A stretch of DNA of 64,000 nucleotides from the human T2T-CHM13v2.0 reference genome, Homo sapiens: the NCBI RefSeq assembly GCF_009914755.1, contig NC_060929.1; one strand, given 5' to 3'. Below the pieces are notes generated by a model. The model made no database searches, was not told the origin of the DNA, and saw nothing but the letters and a program-made list of their open reading frames with translations. Position numbers and translations under genes: made by a program. Shown piece after piece: positions 55,909 through 64,000 of this stretch; position 1 is the first letter of the stretch, and the number at the start of each line of letters is the position of its first letter.

Positions 55909-57527
55909 TATTTAGGTTGTTATATATTTTCAAATGTATTTATAAACTCCTCAGAATGCTATCAGACAACCTCTGAAAAAATTCCAACAATTATTCAATA
56001 AGAAATTAAATTTCTATCTTCGAGTAATCATCATATTATCAATTTTCAAACACACTTCTAAGTGTACTCCTATATTTCTGCCTTTAGCTACATATCCAAA
56101 ATCTTGTTTATTTCTATAGTTAGTCTAACTTCTCTGCATTCCTTAGTATTTCAAATGGAAAATGCATTTTTACTAAAATTCTAATGTGAAAAGTGAAATG
56201 CAATAAGAAAAAGAGATTCTCCAGTTTACTGCCTTTAGTATGTAATAGATTTGTCTGAATACAGCAAAATTTTGTGAAGTATATTTAACCATCTAAAGAG
56301 TGACTTAAATTTTATAATTTAGGTACTAAGTACAGATTAGGAAACAGTAGAATACCTTTTTCTTCCTTTTCCTTCCCAGAGCATCCTCCTTTAGAAATAA
56401 GAGGCAAACGTTCCTATCTTTTGGGCTAAGTCAGTTACTTTTAGTGCCATCATTGTCAATAAAGTCTTAACCCTGCAGGGCACTATGCAGAAGGAATTGC
56501 AAATATCTTCTCCTGATTGTTTGTGTTCACAACCTATGGTGTACATAAGGTTATGCACACAAGCCCAGGGTGTGCAGGCCAAAAAACACTATATTAATCT
56601 ATGGTTCACTGTGACTTTTACATACCAAAGGACATATATTTCCTTGAATTCCTGGAATTCCTTAATTTCTGGAATTACATATATGTCACCAAAATAAGGA
56701 CAAATAATGTCTAGTAGCTATGAAAAGTAATTTGGGGAATGTAGCTTCCTGACAGCAAATTCTGGGAAGTAAAAATTCTTTTTACCTCACTTCAGAAAAA
56801 AACTCCCTGATAAAAGGTAGAATACAATGTTACATTGAAGGTATCAGTAGGGTGAGGCATCTTGAGCAATTTGTAATGCTTTAGAGAAGGCTGAAAGGTA
56901 GAAATATTAATAGTAACCATGGAGCAAAACCATTGCTTACGAGAAGGAAAGGAAATGATAAAGAAACTGGAATAATTGTTTTAATGCTATACTAAGGATG
57001 AATTCCAACACTGTTTTTAAGAAATCAAGAAGGTCACAAAGCTCTGGGAATAAAATAGCATTGTCAGAGTTAAGCAGTGAGGACTTGTCTCCAGAGATTG
57101 GTATATCATCTTCTGATGGCCAAGAAGCCTGTGAATTTTCAGGGGCCGGTTATGATTCAGTGTGGAGTCTGAGCTAACAGACAGGTGAGTCATCAGGTAA
57201 AAGAGCTCATGAAGCAAACATAAGCCAAATTGAATGTGGAGCTTTCATACATAATCAGAGGAATGGTTTTAAATGCCAAATTCCAAATAGTAAGATTGCA
57301 ATTTAACTGGCTGTTGGCATAACTAAATGTCAGGAATGCGCTGAAGCTGGAACCAGGGAGGACCACTGAATGCAGACCAAGGAAACGATACTCAAAAATG
57401 TAGGTTTTCCTCTTCAACATTAAGAATGAGTGGCTCTGGTGATGAAATATTCCTGACCAGGTTTATATGTATAAGTTGAGAAGACATTGTTACTATCAAA
57501 GGGAGAGCTACCAAATGACTTGATGAA

Positions 57528-57690
57528 TGTGGTGGTGTTTGTAAGAGAGAGAGGAAGGCTACATATATACATATATATAAAATCTCTCTATATTATATAT
57601 TATATATATGTGGTTTGTAAGAGAGAGAGAAAGGCCATATATATATAAAACCATATATATATGGTTTTATATGTATGGTTTTTATAAAGA
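57528..57690. repeat. ~75-bp tandem duplication containing (GA)n and (TA)n tracts
   Basis: 'gtttgtaagagagagag.aaggc...atatatataaaa' occurs twice. Confidence 0.8.
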
Positions 57691-58067
57691 CAAATATAAG
57701 GTCTGTCACTTGTGTGAATATGTTGAGTAAAACAAATCAATAAATAAAGTAGTGTCAAACTTAAAGTTTCATTTTGAAGGGGGGGATGCATTCTTAGTTT
57801 CAGAGAAAGATTCCTTGATAGATCATGGTTAAGGATCTTGAGAATGAGAAAATCAATTAATCAGGCAGATTGTCGTATAATGAGAGTACATTTATCTGAG
57901 TTTTCAGTATCAGAATAACCTAGGTATATACTCTGTGGCTATTCTTTCTTTTCTCTTTGCTTTAAAATTTTTTAAATAAAAGAAAAATGTTAGACTTTCC
58001 TCTAAAAACCATATTCTTTCATTGTCCCAACACACAAAGCTGAGCTGAAGACCTTTGGACAATCTTA

Positions 58068-58147
58068 TTAGGTTAGTGCAAACGTTGTTGCAGTTTTTGC
58101 CATTACTTTAAATGGCAAAAACCATAATTACATTTGCAGGGACCTGG
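58068..58147. mobile_element. MADE1 (Hsmar1-derived palindromic MITE)
   Basis: 80-bp imperfect palindrome 'ttaggttagtgcaaa...gtttttgccatt acttta aatggcaaaaac...tttgcagggacct'. Confidence 0.9.
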
Positions 58148-58327
58148 AAAAGCCGGTATATCATAGGTATACAAAAAAGTAACACTTTCTTGTATATCTT
58201 TGTTTGCTAAGGGAAAAGGAGATACTCTTCTAATTAGGAGAGAGTAAATTCTGGATAAAAGTTTTAAATTCCAGTTGTAAAGAGTCAAAACAAAATTGAA
58301 GATACAATTTATTAAAAGAATTTCACT

Positions 58328-58607
58328 GGCAGGGCTCAGGGGCTGGCGCCTGTAATCCCAACACTTTGGGAGGCCGAGACGGACAGATCACCTGAGGTCG
58401 GGAGTTTGAGACCATCCTGACCGACATGGAGAAACCCCGTCTCTACTAAAAATACAAAAATTAGCCGGGCTTGGTGGTGCATTCCTGTAATCCCAGCTAC
58501 TCAGGAGCCTGAAGCAGAATTGCTTGAACCCGGAGGCGGAGCTTGCCGTGTGCACTCCAGTCTGGGCAAGAAGAGGGAAACTGTCTCAAAAAAAAAAAAA
58601 AAAAAAA
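58328..58607 (+). mobile_element. AluSp with deletions in the right arm
   Basis: Diagnostic 'gaggtcgggagt' and 'ctgacc.acatggagaaacc'. Confidence 0.9.
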
Positions 58608-58925
58608 TTGACAACATGAAACAAGACAAAAACTACAGGATAAACTTGAAGGTGCATGTAGTAAGGGGTTTTCAAACAGTCTTAAGCGTCTACTGGCTGC
58701 ATTTCACGGTTGCTAACAAGTTGCCTTATTTTGTTTTTCTCTTAGAAGTTTCTTTTTCCTTTAAGCTGTCCTTCTACAGTAGTCCTGTGAGACAAATCAC
58801 ACCAGGATCTTCTAGAGTGTCACCCTTTGAAATTGCAGCACCTCTGACGAGAAGTCTTAGGAAAATATAAATGACTGCACTGGTTTTGTCCCTTTGCATC
58901 TGGTTTTCACTCAAGATTCTACCCT

Positions 58926-59399
<474 letters not shown>

Positions 59400-62300
59400 T
59401 CAGGCTTGGTCACAAGCAACAGTGGGCATGGCAAGTGAGTTACTTTGGTGACTCTGGTTTTCCTTTTTTTTGTTTGTTTGTTTGTTTTACAAATATTTAT
59501 ATACTGGAATACTGAATAAATTCTTGGGATTTCAGTCTTGCTGTACTCAACACTCTACTGACTTTTACGAAATAATTGCCAGAATATTTTTTTCATGAAA
59601 TTTTACTGGAGCTCTTGGGCCTCTAGCATTTTAGAGCACTGAAAGTCACCAATGAGTTTAGGATGCAATAAAATTTAAAATCTTAATTTTGATGTACAAT
59701 AGCTTATTCTCATTTTGCATTTGAAAATAATCATTGTTTCACCATGAATTATCCATTTTTCTATTACGCTAGTCTCTGCTAAAATAAATCCCTTTCATAA
59801 TCTGTTATGAACTAGATCATCCATACTACATCACATTGGATTTTACAGTTTTTATGCTATAAATGTGTATTCACCTCATTTGTTAGATTTTCATTTTTTT
59901 CTATTAGTCAAATGAATACTACTTCTGTAAATGTTTTAAATATATTAACTTCCATCCCGATTTTCCCTGAAGACAGCTTTATGCAAATTTGTGCTTGGAT
60001 GCACAACTTACACTTATAACCAGAGCAAAGGAGCTGGGTCCTCACTTTCATCCCTGAGCATTCAGCTTGGGAGGAGTCATAGCAGGTGGTAGTTGATAGC
60101 AGAGTGTCCTTATTTTTGAAGCAGCGCAACCGAATGGAAGAACTCTTTGCCCAAATCGTCTGACATTTTAGAGGGTTTAAAAGCTTCCAACCAATCTTAA
60201 CATGTGCAAGTTTCTGAAATAGCAGGGATTGAAAGCAATTCAATCCATGAATGGCTTTCCACCTATCAAGTCGGGTTAAACAGTGATGGATCTGGCATAA
60301 GCCTCCCTCACAGGATTGTTTCACAAATAACAAAGCCTGCTTTATCAACATCATTGTTCAGTTGTACTCTCCAGGGCAAAGGAAGTGACATATTCATGGG
60401 TAACCAGAACACAGTGAAGAAAGAAAGGGCGGATTCTCTTTGGTTTAACTTTAGGTTGTAATACTACCCAGTAAAACTTAATAAATCTGTTGATTTTATA
60501 TGTTGAAATGTTAATCTCTTACCAATATCTGGCTTCAGGATTTTTATAAAAAGCTCCCCCAGTAAACTGCCCGTTGAAGTGATATCACCTGTTACAGCCT
60601 TAATAAAATTTAATTAAAAGATCATTGTAAGCTATTTATGTTTCCATTAATTAAAACAAGAAAAAATATGTGTCAGTGCGGCAGAATAAGTATCTTAAAA
60701 GCAATATGAAATTTCCAATTTTGATTCTTACCCAGTAATCATTAACAAGAACATATTGTAAATGTGCAGAAAAAATGTAAAGATTAAAACTATTTTGTGA
60801 GGCTAAAAGCAAATGTCTAATTCTACATAAAGCAACCAACAGTGAAACCCTAGACTGAGCTGAAATCCCAGCGTGATGAGCTGAGAAACACAGAAAACAT
60901 CTCCTGATTGTGTTTATTCGGCAGCTTTATTGAGGGTATTTTCAGTGAGAATGGTAGGTAGTAACAAAATACAATAAAACCTTGAAAATGTTCCCAAATG
61001 TGACATAGTATCTTATTTCATGTTAGTGAGAAACCATTACCTCATCTGACAATATCACAAACCTGGGACCTTATTAGCTCCCCCTCAGCCTTGTAAGTTT
61101 TGAGACCTGTCCAGCTGAACTCTAAGGAGCAAGCCTGTTCTCCAGCAGACTCCCTTTCAGAATGTCAAGGGAAAACTGAAAGGATACCACAGAGAAGCTA
61201 AGCTAGATCCCAGGCTAAAACTGCAGGGAAACCGACCACACTGGAATGTGCAGATGGGGATACTGGGAGCAGACTGGGTTTTGTCCAGGTTTTGTCGCCC
61301 ACACCTGGTGCACCTGAAGCAAATCCCATCAGTGGTACTGCAGGGAAACCAACTGCTTTGATAACAAGTTCTGGCTTATACAATTTAATTTTATGGTGGA
61401 TTTTTTACTTGAAGTGAATCAAGTAAATGTGCAGCTCTAAGGTATTAGAGAATAAATGTATTTTAAGAATATGATGAGAAAAAAAACCGCTTAGCCAAAG
61501 AATACGCTATTGGCAAATGTGTATTGAATTAAAATGTTTCAAACTTCCCAGCTTGTTTAAAATAACACAATTTCAATCAAGCAAACAGACTAAGTAGAGT
61601 CACAAGTTGAATATAGAGTTAATTAGTCTTGGTAAAGTGCTCAACTGCACTTTCTAGAAACTGAAAAACTAAATAACCATATGCCCCGTGCAAAAAATAA
61701 AAAAAACAACAACAAATGCCTTTGCAAATTAGGTGGTTTCCAATTATTTGTTTCCAAAAACACTGAAGGAAAACATAAGCCATGAGCTGATATAGATTAG
61801 TAAAATGAAGTTTTGATGGTAAACCACCACATAATTTTTGATACATAACGTGGAAGAAATCCACAGAATTGGGTGGCAATTATGCAAAAAAAGACTCATT
61901 TCCATTACAATATTTGTTCAATTAATTTGTTTATATTATTTATTTAATTTATTGCATTATTGATTTTTATATGATAGTATAAAGTTATATACATTTCTTA
62001 AAACTTAACAACTCTAAACATGAAAAATAGGAGTATAATTGATGCAAAACTTGTCTGTGTAAGCAGCATACATCCACTGAAAGCTGCACTGTTAAGGATA
62101 AAATTAAAGAGCCTGGGCTGCCACAAAAGGAGAAAAAAGACAAAGAATGAGGCCTGAGATTTTTCCCAAAATAATGAAATACCTCAAACCACAAGTTAAA
62201 GAAGCTCAGCAGAAACAAATACCAAACAAACAAACATAAAACCGCACACCTAGATACACCATATTCAAACTGCTGAACTGCCAGAGGAGAAAAGGTGATT

Positions 62301-62910
62301 GTATAGAGAAGAACGAAGACACAATTTATAGCAGACTTCCATCAGAAATCACACAAGTCAGATGGCAAGAAGTGACATTGTTAAGTTGGCAAAAGGAAAA
62401 CAAACCAACCAACCACAACAAAATAAAGCTGTAAAGTGAGAAGCTTATGCCCAGGAAAAATATCTATCAAAAATGAGAAAAAAAATTAAGACTTTTTCAG
62501 ATATGCTATAACTGAGACAACTTATTTCAGCAGAATTGTGCTATCAGAAATACTTTTTAAAATTCTTCTGACAGAAGAAACACAATACCAGAGAGGAACT
62601 TAGACACAAAAAATTAAGGCATCTGGAAGTGGTTAAAAATGACAATAAACATAAAATACATTTTTACATTGTTAATATCTCTAAAGGATAATTGACTAAA
62701 TAAAAAATTGTAGCAACATATAATGTAGAATATGTTTATAGAACCGTAACAATGTTTACAGAATATGTAAACAAAATATACTAAAACAGCACAAAATATA
62801 AAGTATATTACTACAATGTTTTTACACTATCAATAAATCAGATGTTATTATTTGAAAATAGACTCTAATTACCTAAAGATTTATATAGTAAATCTTATGA
62901 TAACCAATAG

Positions 62911-63234
<324 letters not shown>

Positions 63235-63837
63235 TAAAACAGATATAAATAAGAAGCCAATAGTGGAAAAATATAATTTTGTAAAAATCTGATTATTTTA
63301 AAAGCAGACAAAAAGGAAGAAAAAAGAACAATAAACAAATTAAACAAATACAAAGCAACACACAATAAGGATAACTTTAACCAAATGATATAAATAACTA
63401 TATTAAATATAAATAATTAACATATACCAATTGACAGACAGAGATTGTTATATTGGGTAAAAGCAATATCTAGGAGTATGGATCTATGAGAGACCCACTT
63501 TCAACATAAGATATAGATTAAATAATTTTTTTAAAAAATCCTATTATACAAACCCAAATCAAAGGGAAGCAAGAGTGACCATATTAATATCTTACAAACT
63601 AGACTTTAGACCAAGGAATATTTCCAGCATGACTAGGGTTCTACAAGTGGTAAAGGTAAATTCATCAAGAAGATATAAAAATCTTTAATGTACGCACACT
63701 TAAAAAACAACTAACCAAACAAAAAGCTTCAAAATGCAAGGAGCAAAATATGATATCACTGAAAAGAAGAATAGATAAATCTGCAATTGTGGTTGGAAGC
63801 AACAACCCTCTTCTTCCATTAACTGATACAGCAAGTA

Positions 63838-63905
63838 GCAGAAGAAGGAAGAGGAAGATGAAGAGGAGGAAGGAGGAAGCGGAGGAGGAGGAGGAAAAGG
63901 AGGAG
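63838..63905. repeat. (GAG/GAA)-rich polypurine microsatellite
   Basis: Seen directly. Confidence 0.85.
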
Positions 63906-64000
63906 ACTCGGACTACAGTATTAACTATCTTGGCTTAATTGATATTTACAGAACACTACATCCCAGGATAGCAGAATACACATGCTTTTCAAATGCACGT

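Overview
This is primate genomic DNA, catarrhine-type judging by AluY elements and a HERV-W/LTR17 solo LTR, and probably intronic or intergenic. Well over half is recognisable transposon remains. These include eight L1 pieces, all on the + strand, one of them a TSD-flanked full-length L1PA16/17-like copy carrying a complete THE1D-like MaLR and an AluY. There are also ten Alus, several solo LTRs, L2/MIR relics and MER5A, Tigger4 and MADE1 DNA transposons. I find no credible protein-coding gene: the listed ORFs are decayed L1/Alu frames or chance. The most unusual signal, which repeat annotation does not explain, is a set of at least five locally templated duplications copied from 0.4-3 kb away, several with junction microhomology. 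One has iterated filler DNA, and one contains a perfect 110-bp inverted repeat (43091-43200 / 44732-44841) inside an otherwise diverged arm. Family and subfamily names come from recalled consensus sequences, not a database search. Boundaries without TSDs are approximate.
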